A DNA stretch of 24,041 nucleotides from Bdellovibrionales bacterium (GTDB taxonomy: Bacteria; Bdellovibrionota; Bdellovibrionia; Bdellovibrionales; UBA1609). The translations under genes were made by a program, and so were the position numbers. The stretch's first letter is position 1; each line of letters begins with the position of its first letter. The stretch is from positions 1 to 24,041 of the forward strand of contig CBDHDF010000001.1 of NCBI GenBank assembly GCA_965261545.1, given 5' to 3'. The notes beneath the pieces were generated by a model. That model worked only from the letters and a program-made list of their open reading frames with translations. It had not been told where the DNA came from and did no database searches. Positions 7,607 through 16,701 of this stretch are shown piece after piece.

Positions 7607-9102
7607 CTTCTAAGAGCTAGCTTCATTCCTCCACGTGAGATTCGTTCTATTAGACTTTTGGCTCGTTATCGTACAAAAACGATCCGCCAAATATCTTCGG
7701 AACAAAATCGTATGTATAAGGTTCTTGAATATTCAGGCATTCGTTTAACCTATGCAATGTCTAAAGCTGACTGCGTATCTGGTATGGCCATGATTCGTGC
7801 CATAGCTAATGGAGAGAGATCAGTTTCTAAATTGATGTCTCTTGCCAGAGGGTCTTTACGTCAAAAGACCGAAGAATTTTCTTACGCCCTGTCGGGAAAG
7901 ATGACGGAAGAAAATCGTTTTGTTCTTCAACGCATTCTTGATCGAATAGATTTTTTGAAAAAAGAATGCTCTCAAATTGAAGAAGAACTTTTCATTCGTA
8001 TGAAACCCTATGAAAGGCAGTGGCATCTACTCCAGACTCAATGCCGTTTCCTTAAGAAAAATCTCTTGAAATTATTAGATAAATCGACAAGAATAAGACT
8101 TGTTTTATTTTACACCCAACCCTCAACCAAGGAGTAAGTCACATGCAATCCAATATTGATCTCGAAAGCCCCCAAATGACGAGTTCGCGTCACAGATGAC
8201 CATTTTATTCTACCAAAACTTGATTCTTCCTTCAAGCCAGAGCACCTTGTCGATCCAGAAAAACAAAAAAGGAATCGAAAATTTAATCCTCAAATTTTCT
8301 TTTTTACTATTATCTATCTTATTTCCGGAACAAATTACGAAGGCTACCAAATCGCTCTTAAGACGGTATGGACTCATTTTGGTGACCTGCTTCTCATGCC
8401 AGTCAAAAGCAGTCTCAGCAAGATACGTCAAAGTATTTCTTACCTATTTTTTAAAAATATCTTTGAATCTCTGATTACAGACTACGAACCATTGAGAAAA
8501 ACGTTTCATGGCTTTTATATCTATGCCATAGATGGTGTTAGCTGACAATTAAAATGCCCCACCGTCGCCAATGAAAAGTGGCCACTTTTCAGAGGAGGAC
8601 CTATGGTGATTTTTGGCATTGTCAACCGAGACGCATATAATCAATTGATATTACTCATAAAAAGGCTCCGAGCTGATAAGAACTCCTTTTGGGTTCTTGT
8701 CGACCTGGAAAGGGGCTCCGTGTTGGAGAGTCCTTCCATGACAGCCTATTCAGGTTCCATATTTGTCATTTGTAGACTGTTTCTGGATTTCAATGAGGTT
8801 AAATATATAGTCAAGAAAAGCCTGTTTAGGCTGTGCCCATTTTCTAAAGTATTTAAATTCCACAAGATTCCAACATTTGCCTCAATTTTCATGGAATTTC
8901 TTTCTGAAGACAGGCTTCCCTTAAAGCCGTCGCCAATTAAAATGTCCCACTTTCAATATGGAGGTTGTCGCCAATGAAAAGTGACCAATCTTCAGGGAGT
9001 GTTCAAATACTAGACAATGAAGTCTCTTCTTCTGATATAGATACTAAGCTCACAGAGTCCCTCCCTCTTGCAACTCAAAAGGTTAGCAATGAGGAGGATC
9101 TT

Positions 9103-10569
9103 ATGATTAGTCAATACACTTTCGGCCGCATTCGTGACCTGAGTCACAGTGGTAAAAATAAGACAGAAATATCTCGTGAATTAGGGATCAATCGTAAGAC
9201 GGTGCGCAAGTACTGTGAGTCCAACACCCCACCGAAGTACAAGGCGAGGTCCAAAAGAACTCGCCCAGATCCCCTTAATGGATATATGGATCGGGTGAAG
9301 TACTTTTTGAAGTTGAACCCAAGTAACACCGCCCGTGAAATATATGAGCTATTAGTTGAGGAGGGTTATCGTGGGAGTGAGAGAACGGTTCAGAGAAGAG
9401 TTTGTGAGATTCTTGGTTCTCGCCCCAAGGAGCGTTTTTTCAGCCAAAGATATGATCCTGGAGAACAGGCTCAGTTTGATTTTAAGGAGAAGGTTGCTTT
9501 ACCATTTGCCGATGGTGTTCAGATCGTTCATCTCCATTTTGGAACATTGCCTTGTAGTGGCACCTGTTGGGTTCGTGCCTACCCCTTTCTTGTCTATGAG
9601 TGTTTCATCGATGGGGTGCATGCTTTTTTTGAAAAGATAGGTGGGATGAGTGCGAACATCCGTATTGATAATTTATCTCCCTGTGTGAAGAAAGTTCTTA
9701 AAGGAAATCAGCGAATTTACACCCAATCTTTTGATCGAGCCATCCAATACTATGGATTTAAGGTTCTTCCCTGCCGCGCAGGGAAGGGCTCTGACAAGGG
9801 AGATGTGGAGCGTGATATTCGAACCTTCAGTTCTCGGATAAAAAATATTGTTAGAAACAAAGGAATTGTTTTTAAAGACTGGGATCATTTGAATCAGTTT
9901 TTAGAGTCTTATATGGATCAGCATCAGAGTGACTCCACCAAATCTCGCTTTGAGGAGGAGGCCAAAGTTCTTAAGCCTTTGCCTCCACGAGATAAAGATA
10001 TTCTCTGTAAGGTGAATATTTGTCAAAGTAATGGTTATGGGACTTTGAGAATAGGTAAAACCACATATTCCATACCTGATGAGGTGATCCAAGCTCCCTG
10101 TAAAACCGTACAGGGTCCCTATCATGTCACGATCTATCGTGCAGGAGGGAAGCAAGAAATTGTCGCTCGCCATCAAAGAAAACCTGATGGGGAGCATAGT
10201 CTTCTTCTTGAACATATCCTTCCCTCTTTAGTTCGTAAGCCGCAAGCCATGGTAAGATGGGCTCACCGATCCATTCTTTTTCCAACAAATGTGTTTGAAA
10301 ATTTTTATCAATACCTCAAGCAACAAGATTCAAGCCGTGCCGAGCATGAATATTTAAGAGTTATCAACTTGATTCAGCATGTGAGTTGGCAGGACTTATC
10401 TACAGCCATGGAGCTTCAATTAGAAAGTCGTGAGATTTTCGACTTTAAATCCATAAAAGATTTGCTCTTAGGCAATCCCACCAAAATTAATTTGAATGAC
10501 CAACAAAAACCACTTCAACCTAGATTGTCTCAATATGACAGTCTTGTTCCAAACATAGGAGGTTCTTAA
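9103..10569 (+). CDS. istA: IS21-family transposase IstA
   Basis: HTH ISRELGINRKTVRKY, PGEQAQFDF, IRIDNL, DKGDVERDI; ATG at 9103 follows GAGGAGG (ORF open from 8965). Confidence 0.95.
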   Translation: MISQYTFGRIRDLSHSGKNKTEISRELGINRKTVRKYCESNTPPKYKARSKRTRPDPLNGYMDRVKYFLKLNPSNTAREIYELLVEEGYRGSERTVQRRVCEILGSRPKERFFSQRYDPGEQAQFDFKEKVALPFADGVQIVHLHFGTLPCSGTCWVRAYPFLVYECFIDGVHAFFEKIGGMSANIRIDNLSPCVKKVLKGNQRIYTQSFDRAIQYYGFKVLPCRAGKGSDKGDVERDIRTFSSRIKNIVRNKGIVFKDWDHLNQFLESYMDQHQSDSTKSRFEEEAKVLKPLPPRDKDILCKVNICQSNGYGTLRIGKTTYSIPDEVIQAPCKTVQGPYHVTIYRAGGKQEIVARHQRKPDGEHSLLLEHILPSLVRKPQAMVRWAHRSILFPTNVFENFYQYLKQQDSSRAEHEYLRVINLIQHVSWQDLSTAMELQLESREIFDFKSIKDLLLGNPTKINLNDQQKPLQPRLSQYDSLVPNIGGS

Positions 10570-11351
10570 TGAATCACGAAGAACTTATAGGTTCTCTTAA
10601 AAAACTCCGACTTCCAGCGATGGCGGATGAATATGTTGCAACGGCTAGAGTTGCCGAAAAAACAAAAAAGACGTATGAACAGTATTTAGGTATACTCGTT
10701 CAAAATGAGCTTGCTGACAAGCATTCCCAGAGAGTGAAAAGATTGCTTAAGGGGGCCAAGCTTCCTCAACTTAAATCACTCCAAACTTATAACTTCCAGA
10801 AAAGAACGGGAGTGACAGCTCAGCAAATTAATTGGATGGCAGAGGGAGAGTGGGTCAGAAAAGCCTGTAATGTTGTGTTTTACGGAAGCTTTGGAATGGG
10901 GAAAAGTCATTTGGCCATGTCCCTAGTTCGTTCACTCTGTGAACAAGGCTATCGATGTTTATGGGTCACCACTCATGAACTTATTGAAACAATGCGTGAA
11001 AGCAAGAAAGAACTCTCATTGAATGCTCTTTTTAAGAAATTAGACCGTTTTGATCTTATTGCTTGTGATGAACTTGGCTATACAGCTTCCTGCACAGAGG
11101 GGGCAGATCTTTTCTTTCAATTCATATCTCAGCGATATGAAAGGAAAAGTCTCATGATCACTACAAACTTAACATACTCTGAATGGGATAAGGTGTTTCT
11201 TAACCCTATTACCACCGCTGCTGCTGTTGATCGAATCATTCACAACTGTGAAACCCTCAACATTGAAGGAAAAGAAAGTTGGAGAACCGAATCGGCAAAA
11301 GCCAAGTCTAAACAGAGCAAAGAGGAAAGTTCAACCAAAGAAGTTCATTAG
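10569..11351 (+). CDS. istB: IS21-family helper ATPase IstB
   Basis: GSFGMGKS, IACDELGY, RYERKSLMITTNL, AAVDRIIH; TAATG stop/start overlap with istA. Confidence 0.95.
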   Translation: MNHEELIGSLKKLRLPAMADEYVATARVAEKTKKTYEQYLGILVQNELADKHSQRVKRLLKGAKLPQLKSLQTYNFQKRTGVTAQQINWMAEGEWVRKACNVVFYGSFGMGKSHLAMSLVRSLCEQGYRCLWVTTHELIETMRESKKELSLNALFKKLDRFDLIACDELGYTASCTEGADLFFQFISQRYERKSLMITTNLTYSEWDKVFLNPITTAAAVDRIIHNCETLNIEGKESWRTESAKAKSKQSKEESSTKEVH

Positions 11352-11378
11352 AGATCCCCACTTTTGGGGAAGGAACTC

Positions 11379-11476
11379 GCCAGTTATCCACAAAATTTAT
11401 CCACAGCAGCACTGCGTTGCTAGACATCGGGGTCACAGCCGCAGTGTCGCCATGGATAAATTTATGGATAACTGGC
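11379..11476. repeat. 98-bp palindrome with TTATCCACA boxes downstream of istB
   Basis: TTATCCACA at 11384-11392 and 11397-11405, with inverted near-matches on the other arm. Confidence 0.9.
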
Positions 11477-13384
11477 TTTTACCGTACTATTTGCTCGTCA
11501 CTCTCGCGGAGCTTTAGACATTAGCTGCGCCAAGGAATCCTGAAAAATACTCCATTTACCTCTGCCATAGGGCTGAAGGATGCATTTGGGGTCATGCCAA
11601 AAGTGGTGGGCAGAAAATCATTCCTCAGAATCTTGTGGCATAGTCCGAGTTAAATGATGAGCAAAATAAAGACACTTGACTAAACTCTGAACGAAGAATA
11701 ACTAAATCAGTACATCATCAACTGGCCGTTTTTCATTGGCGACGGCTTCTAAAAATGGCCAATTTTAATTGGCGCCTAACAGATGGCGACCAATTAGCAC
11801 TTCCTCGCTCTAAAGATCTTTTAAAGGAGGGTTATTGTGGGTACCCTTGCCCAAATGAGATGGAAACTCATTTCTTACGTATGTATCTATCTCATGCTTA
11901 TGACGTTTTATCGGGTGTGACAAAGAATCTTTGCTTTTCTCCCGCTCTCAACGAAATCGCCAATGCTATTCAAATGATAGGTAGTTTTGAGAGTAATAGC
12001 ATAACTCTCTACGATAGCTTTATTTATCTACAGAGATTATTAAGGCCCATGCTCAAGCCAGTAACTTCTTTATTGCGCGTTGTAAGCGAGGCTCTACTTT
12101 TATCCCCATCGTAAATTTATTTAATGGCCCAGGTTGGTATTCACAAATGGTTATTGAGGGGGTGGTCATTCATCTCTATAAGTATAAAAACCCAAAGACT
12201 GGGGAGTTCTCTGTTTTGGCCACTAATCTTCCGCATGGCTCCTTGGACAAGAAGGATATGGTTGCTCTTTACTCTCGTCGTTGGGAAATAGAAACGACAT
12301 TTCGTGATTTTACATCGACAATGAAAATGGAGCAGTGGCACTCAACAAGCCTTAATGGAATATTGCAAGAGCTGTATTCTTATTTTTGGCTCTTCAATTA
12401 TACAAAGATTCAAATGAGCATAAATGAGGATGAAGACAGTGTGAATCAGTTGGTAAAAAATGACTACAAAAAACCTAACTTTAAACTGATTCTTGATTTC
12501 ATAATGGATAGCATCCCCCTTTTTGTTGCGGGGCTCTATCAGAAATTTAGGAAGCAGATAAAGTTGCTGATGAAGATTTCAATGGAGAAGAGGAGGCACT
12601 TCAAAAGAAGCTATGAAAGGTCTATCAAAAGGGCTGGGAGTTCTTTTAAAAGAAATAGCTTAACGCAGAGGCAGAGGGGTGTGGTGGCTTAAGGAAACGG
12701 CATTGACTCCAGACTATACCTGGAATTGACGAATTAAGTGCAGCGCTTTTGATTGCAGAAATAGGAGGCAATGTGAAGTCTTTTAAAAATAAAGGAAATT
12801 TTTGCTCCTGGATGGGGATTTGCCCATCCAATAATGAGAGCGCAGGAAAAAAAAAGTCTTCACGAACGAGGAAAGCGAACACATATGTGAAATCGTTGGT
12901 ATGTGAGATGGCCAATAGTGCTATTAAGACGAATTCACAATTCAAAGGCAAATACCAATCACTTGTTATAAGGCGTGGGCACAAGAGATCAGTGATTGCC
13001 GTTGGTCACAAAATGATGGGAGTTGTTTATTCAGTCATAAGTAATGACACCCCCTACAAAGACCCTGGAATTGACTATGAAAAGCTCATGGTGAAAAAAA
13101 ATGCACCAAGGTGGATTAGAGCGTTAAAAAAGTATGATTTCATGTAATGTAGGATGATTTAAAAACTCGGACATTTGAAAAAATTCGAAGAACGGATAGT
13201 GGATTCGTGCGTCCAAACTACCCCGGAGATTCATAGTAACATTCATGGGGGCGCCTTGCTTCCCCACCCACGCCCATGAATCTTATCTAGTCGCTGTCGC
13301 GAAATAGACTTAAGAAATCCATCATTCAGCTTCAAGGTGGTCTTTTTGATAAATATAATTTTCAATTTGCATAAGATTTTTAAA

Positions 13385-14802
13385 GGGTGTGCTAACGATA
13401 TACTGTAGTATTTATGCAGCCACGGGATACCCATATTGATCAATTTTTTGCCAGAACTGACCCCATCGACAGTCCGTATGGCTTAAAGATCGTAAAGAAA
13501 TGACAGAAGCTGCTCCTTTCTCTTTCCACCTCATCCCAGAATTGCAAAGCCTTTGTTTTATTAATGTCTTACATGCTGCCTCTGTAACACCTGAGCCAAT
13601 TGGAAGATTATTCTCCTGATTTTGTGCATATCTCATTTTAGACTTATTATTCTCAAAATATGTAATGGCAGACACTAACTCCCCTTTCTTGGCTTGACTC
13701 AGTCGATGAGTGTCTTTAAACCCCTTGAGCTCATTGAGTAAGCGGGTCGCTGCCCCTATATTATGCTTAAGCTTATGACATGCGTTATCAAGCCACTCCT
13801 TACGTTCAGATTTTTTCTTGTCACCAGCAAACATAGCCCCCGCAGCCCTCCCCAAGTACTCTGATGCATGCCAAAAATCAATGGTCTGATTATCTGTTTT
13901 ACTCTTTAAATAATCCCAATTTGACTTGGTTCCATCTGCAATACCAATATAGGTAGACTTAGGGTGTCTCTCTTTTACCTGAGTCAACTCCTTCTCAAAT
14001 CTTGAATAAAATTTACCCTTACCATACTCTGGTGTTGCTCCTACTTGAATCGTATGCATGCGACTTCCCTTATTGTCATATAAACTAATTGTTCCCACCA
14101 TGGCTTCTCGCCAACCATCTTCAACCATTAACATACAAGTGCCGTCTACTCCTACAGCAACACTATTCACCTTCTTGGGCATAGAGGGAAGATCATAGCT
14201 CCATGATTCATCCTTTGCTAAAGCAACAGCTCCAACCGCATCACAAAGGTGCTTTAAGTAAGGTCTAGATATATTTCGACCATGACTCTCCTTCAAATCA
14301 AAAAGAACACGACTAGAACCCATATCTGAATATTTACTTGTAACCCATTTAGAAAAACCGGGTGTTGAAGTTAGAATAATTCGTGCATCCCTTTCCAATG
14401 GGCAAAACTGACGACCACCCTTAGAGCTTTGATAAACATGACGCTCTACATCGACTTCTCCCCACATTGTTTGGTAGGTCTTATTAACTCTACCTCTAGA
14501 AGTTAACTTACTGTCTCCTATAACAATTGGTGATCCATCTGCATCAAATCGACGTAAAGCTGATTGGGTAGCTATACAACCTGCTTCATTAAGGCCATCT
14601 CTTATCATCTCTTCTGTCTTTAACATTGAACTGGATAATGGAATTATCAACTCAATAGTGACTGAGTTTGAACTACTTGATTTTAACTTTGCCTTTGGTT
14701 TTGACATAATACCCTCCTTGGTCGTAAGTCCAGCTAAAATAAAGTATCCCAAGGAATAAGGTATTTGTCTACAAATAATTACAGTATATCATTAGCACAC
14801 CC
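13385..14802 (-). mobile_element. ISKra4-family element (1418 bp)
   Basis: 23-bp IRs GGGTGTGCTAA(C/T)GATATACTGTA with one mismatch; 8-bp TSD TTTTTAAA (13377-13384, 14803-14810). Confidence 0.93.
13412..14707 (-). CDS. ISKra4-family transposase
   Basis: GVDGTCM, IADGTKSNW, DFWHASEYL, LPIGSGVTEAACKTLIKQRLCNSGMRW; AAGGAGG before ATG 14707. Confidence 0.92.
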   Translation of the reverse strand: MSKPKAKLKSSSSNSVTIELIIPLSSSMLKTEEMIRDGLNEAGCIATQSALRRFDADGSPIVIGDSKLTSRGRVNKTYQTMWGEVDVERHVYQSSKGGRQFCPLERDARIILTSTPGFSKWVTSKYSDMGSSRVLFDLKESHGRNISRPYLKHLCDAVGAVALAKDESWSYDLPSMPKKVNSVAVGVDGTCMLMVEDGWREAMVGTISLYDNKGSRMHTIQVGATPEYGKGKFYSRFEKELTQVKERHPKSTYIGIADGTKSNWDYLKSKTDNQTIDFWHASEYLGRAAGAMFAGDKKKSERKEWLDNACHKLKHNIGAATRLLNELKGFKDTHRLSQAKKGELVSAITYFENNKSKMRYAQNQENNLPIGSGVTEAACKTLIKQRLCNSGMRWKEKGAASVISLRSLSHTDCRWGQFWQKIDQYGYPVAA

Positions 14803-15168
14803 TTTTTAAATGGACTCCTCTCCTGAAGATAGCGAGTAGAGAATTCTGGGTCAAAATGGTTCATTTTACACATATCCATGATGATTTTTGCTTTTGGCCC
14901 CACTGTCCTTTTTGATGTGTTGAAGTGCTCAACAATCTCATCCATGGAAACATATGGTGACGTCTTGCTATCATAAAGAAAGTTAATTCTCCCAATGGCA
15001 TGAATAATCCCCGCAGCCCAAATTTCTACTCTTCCTGTCATGTAAGGGACTTGTCTTTTTCGAGACATTCTTGCTACTACACCGTGACAGAGGTTTTTAT
15101 ACTCATCGTTTATATATTGGTCACAAAAATCACTAATAGCCTTTTCAAGTTCTTTCCTTCTTGGTTGA

Positions 15169-16701
15169 ATGATTTGCTTCTTTTTCATTGGGCCTCCTGT
15201 TAACCTTATTACCATGTTTCACCTCATGATAAAGGATTATCGCTATGAGTTTATGCCCAGAAGGCCTCGAAACCAAGGTCCACCCTGCCAAGGTATCTAT
15301 TATCGTCACAGAATCCGATCCTCTGATTCAACTGGCCAACCACGTCGATTGGAGCTATCTGTCGTGTCTGGTCATGCCCGACTTAAAAGCCACGACTGCA
15401 AAGGGTTTTTGGTGGCTAGGAAGAAAGCTCTTTTTAAGAGTTCATCTAGCCGTGCTGCTGCTTCAGGTTCTATTCAAACTCACGGATCGAGGGGTGGAGC
15501 AACGGATAAAAGAAACGGCCAGTTATCAGCTTTTTTGTGGTCTAAATATCCTCAAAAAATGGTGTTGTCCCGATCATACGAAAATAGAAAAATTTCGCAA
15601 TCGACTGACGGAAGAGACTCACAAAGAAATAGGAGATTATATTCTTCGCTTGGCTCAATCCCTGGGGTTTGCAGACGCCTCTCATTTGGATGTCGATTCG
15701 ACCGTTCAGGAAGCCAATATGGCTTATCCCTCCGATGCCAGTCTTTTGAAAAAGTTGGCTCAGAAGTGTTACAAAATTCTTTCGTATCTTCAAGAAAAGC
15801 AGAAGACCTACTTACCATCGGGTATAACCATAGATATCAAAGCCATCATCAAGGCCGCTCGAAAGTATTTTTTTCTAGCCAAAAATTGTGTATTAGAGAA
15901 GAAGAGGGAGGTATTTTCAGACCTTCACAGTCTTGTAAAGTCAGAGTTAAAAGCCTTTATAAGGTTTGCAGAAAATCTTTCTCCACAGGCTCTAGCGAGT
16001 CTTCCTTGGAACCACCGAGAAGCCGTCACAGAAGTGAGAGACAAGGCTTGGAGATACCTTTTGGACGTGGCCCATTTTGTAAGAACTCACACCATCAAGC
16101 CTGGCAAAATCCTTGCCTTCAAATTGTGTGCGGTCGCCTGTATCAAAAAGGGGAAGTTAGGCAAAGACAAGGAGTTTGGGAGGGTCTTCCAAGTCGGGCG
16201 GATTGGTGGAAATTTTATTGTTCCCTATACTTGCACTTCTGTGAGAATGGACGACAAGGAGTCATTGCCAGCTATATTGGAAGAACATCAAAAAATATTT
16301 GGCGAAGATATTTTAGAGTCAGTTACAACAGACAAGGGGTATTATTCACAAGCCAACGTCAATCTCGTCAAAGATGTTGTGGGAAATGCAGATGGAATTC
16401 AAAGACCTGCCAACGTAAAAGAACAGGTCGAAGCCCCCCAGAAAGAAGAATTATACAATCGCAGGTCGGGGGTCGAACCTCTCATAGGGCATGTCAAAAA
16501 CTTTGGATTAGCAAGAAGCAAGATGAAAGGGGATGGGGCCACACTGGCTTCGGGGTATCGCTCGACCATGGGGTTCAATCTGCACCAAATTATGAGAAAT
16601 TTAGCGGTGACGATGCCAACTCCAAGCTTCAAGGGTGGGTAGAACAAGGGAAAGTTAAAAAGAGGCTACTTCAGAGCCCAAGTCCAAATGAGGGCACATA
16701 A
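15169..16701 (+). CDS. Candidate overprinted ORF (up to 510 aa) in the -1 frame of the IS5 transposase
   Basis: Stop-free across the whole transposase gene; in-frame ATGs at 15214, 15226 and 15253; no recognisable domain. Confidence 0.35.
   Translation: MICFFFIGPPVNLITMFHLMIKDYRYEFMPRRPRNQGPPCQGIYYRHRIRSSDSTGQPRRLELSVVSGHARLKSHDCKGFLVARKKALFKSSSSRAAASGSIQTHGSRGGATDKRNGQLSAFLWSKYPQKMVLSRSYENRKISQSTDGRDSQRNRRLYSSLGSIPGVCRRLSFGCRFDRSGSQYGLSLRCQSFEKVGSEVLQNSFVSSRKAEDLLTIGYNHRYQSHHQGRSKVFFSSQKLCIREEEGGIFRPSQSCKVRVKSLYKVCRKSFSTGSSESSLEPPRSRHRSERQGLEIPFGRGPFCKNSHHQAWQNPCLQIVCGRLYQKGEVRQRQGVWEGLPSRADWWKFYCSLYLHFCENGRQGVIASYIGRTSKNIWRRYFRVSYNRQGVLFTSQRQSRQRCCGKCRWNSKTCQRKRTGRSPPERRIIQSQVGGRTSHRACQKLWISKKQDERGWGHTGFGVSLDHGVQSAPNYEKFSGDDANSKLQGWVEQGKVKKRLLQSPSPNEGT
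15245..16642 (+). CDS. IS5-family DDE transposase, 465 aa
   Basis: LTDRGVEQ, YQLFCG, PDHT, DSTVQEANMAYPSD, KGKLGKDKEFG, TDKGY, RRSGVEPLIGHVK, GFNL. Confidence 0.9.
   Translation: MSLCPEGLETKVHPAKVSIIVTESDPLIQLANHVDWSYLSCLVMPDLKATTAKGFWWLGRKLFLRVHLAVLLLQVLFKLTDRGVEQRIKETASYQLFCGLNILKKWCCPDHTKIEKFRNRLTEETHKEIGDYILRLAQSLGFADASHLDVDSTVQEANMAYPSDASLLKKLAQKCYKILSYLQEKQKTYLPSGITIDIKAIIKAARKYFFLAKNCVLEKKREVFSDLHSLVKSELKAFIRFAENLSPQALASLPWNHREAVTEVRDKAWRYLLDVAHFVRTHTIKPGKILAFKLCAVACIKKGKLGKDKEFGRVFQVGRIGGNFIVPYTCTSVRMDDKESLPAILEEHQKIFGEDILESVTTDKGYYSQANVNLVKDVVGNADGIQRPANVKEQVEAPQKEELYNRRSGVEPLIGHVKNFGLARSKMKGDGATLASGYRSTMGFNLHQIMRNLAVTMPTPSFKGG

Larger units (their letters stand above)
8536..11781 (+). 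mobile_element. IS21-family element IS21-b, copy 1 (3246 bp)
   Basis: Ends TGTTAG...CTAACA; 5-bp TSD GATGG (8531-8535, 11782-11786). Confidence 0.95.
8180..12692 (+). pseudogene. IS4-2 transposase split by IS21-b and frameshifted near 12017
   Basis: IS21-b sits at the IDGD motif; GATAGC here versus GATAGGC in copy 1 (1-bp loss); the C-terminal part has LYSRRWEIETTFRDFT; the stop codon lies in the right IR. Confidence 0.88.
8039..12705 (+). mobile_element. IS4-2 copy 2 (both ends present, interrupted by IS21-b)
   Basis: Perfect 18-bp IRs (8039-8056, 12688-12705); 10-bp TSD ACTCCAGACT (8029-8038, 12706-12715). Confidence 0.95.
4285..13147 (+). pseudogene. IS110 DEDD recombinase copy A in three pieces (4285-4627, 7611-8038, 12716-13147)
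   Basis: GIDVH, FESTGIYW, KKTDVLDSQWIA (RuvC-like DEDD domain) and GICPSNNESAGK (C-terminal domain with the conserved Ser); GTG start after AGGAGG. Confidence 0.92.
3877..13240 (+). mobile_element. IS110-family element, tandem copy A (interrupted by IS21-a and by IS4-2 copy 2, which contains IS21-b)
   Basis: Removing 4628-7606 and 8039-12705 plus one TSD each restores a unit near-identical to 21644-23345; bounded by GTAAC at 3872-3876 and 13236-13240. Confidence 0.93.
13322..15188 (-). pseudogene. DUF6398-like passenger gene split near its 3' end by ISKra4
   Basis: FCDQYINDEYKNLC, RKRQVPYMTGRVEIWAAGIIHAIGRINFLYD and FDPEFST resemble DUF6398 proteins; RBS AGGAGG before ATG 15188; removing ISKra4 restores the in-frame tail FKNLMQIENYIYQKDHLEAE* (stop 13322-13324). 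Confidence 0.75.

Noticed and set aside
8603..8977. 124-aa ORF (also 17993-18367) as a passenger gene
   Set aside because: An AGAGGAGG precedes it, but there is no recognisable motif and it runs through end repeats; not supportable without homology data.
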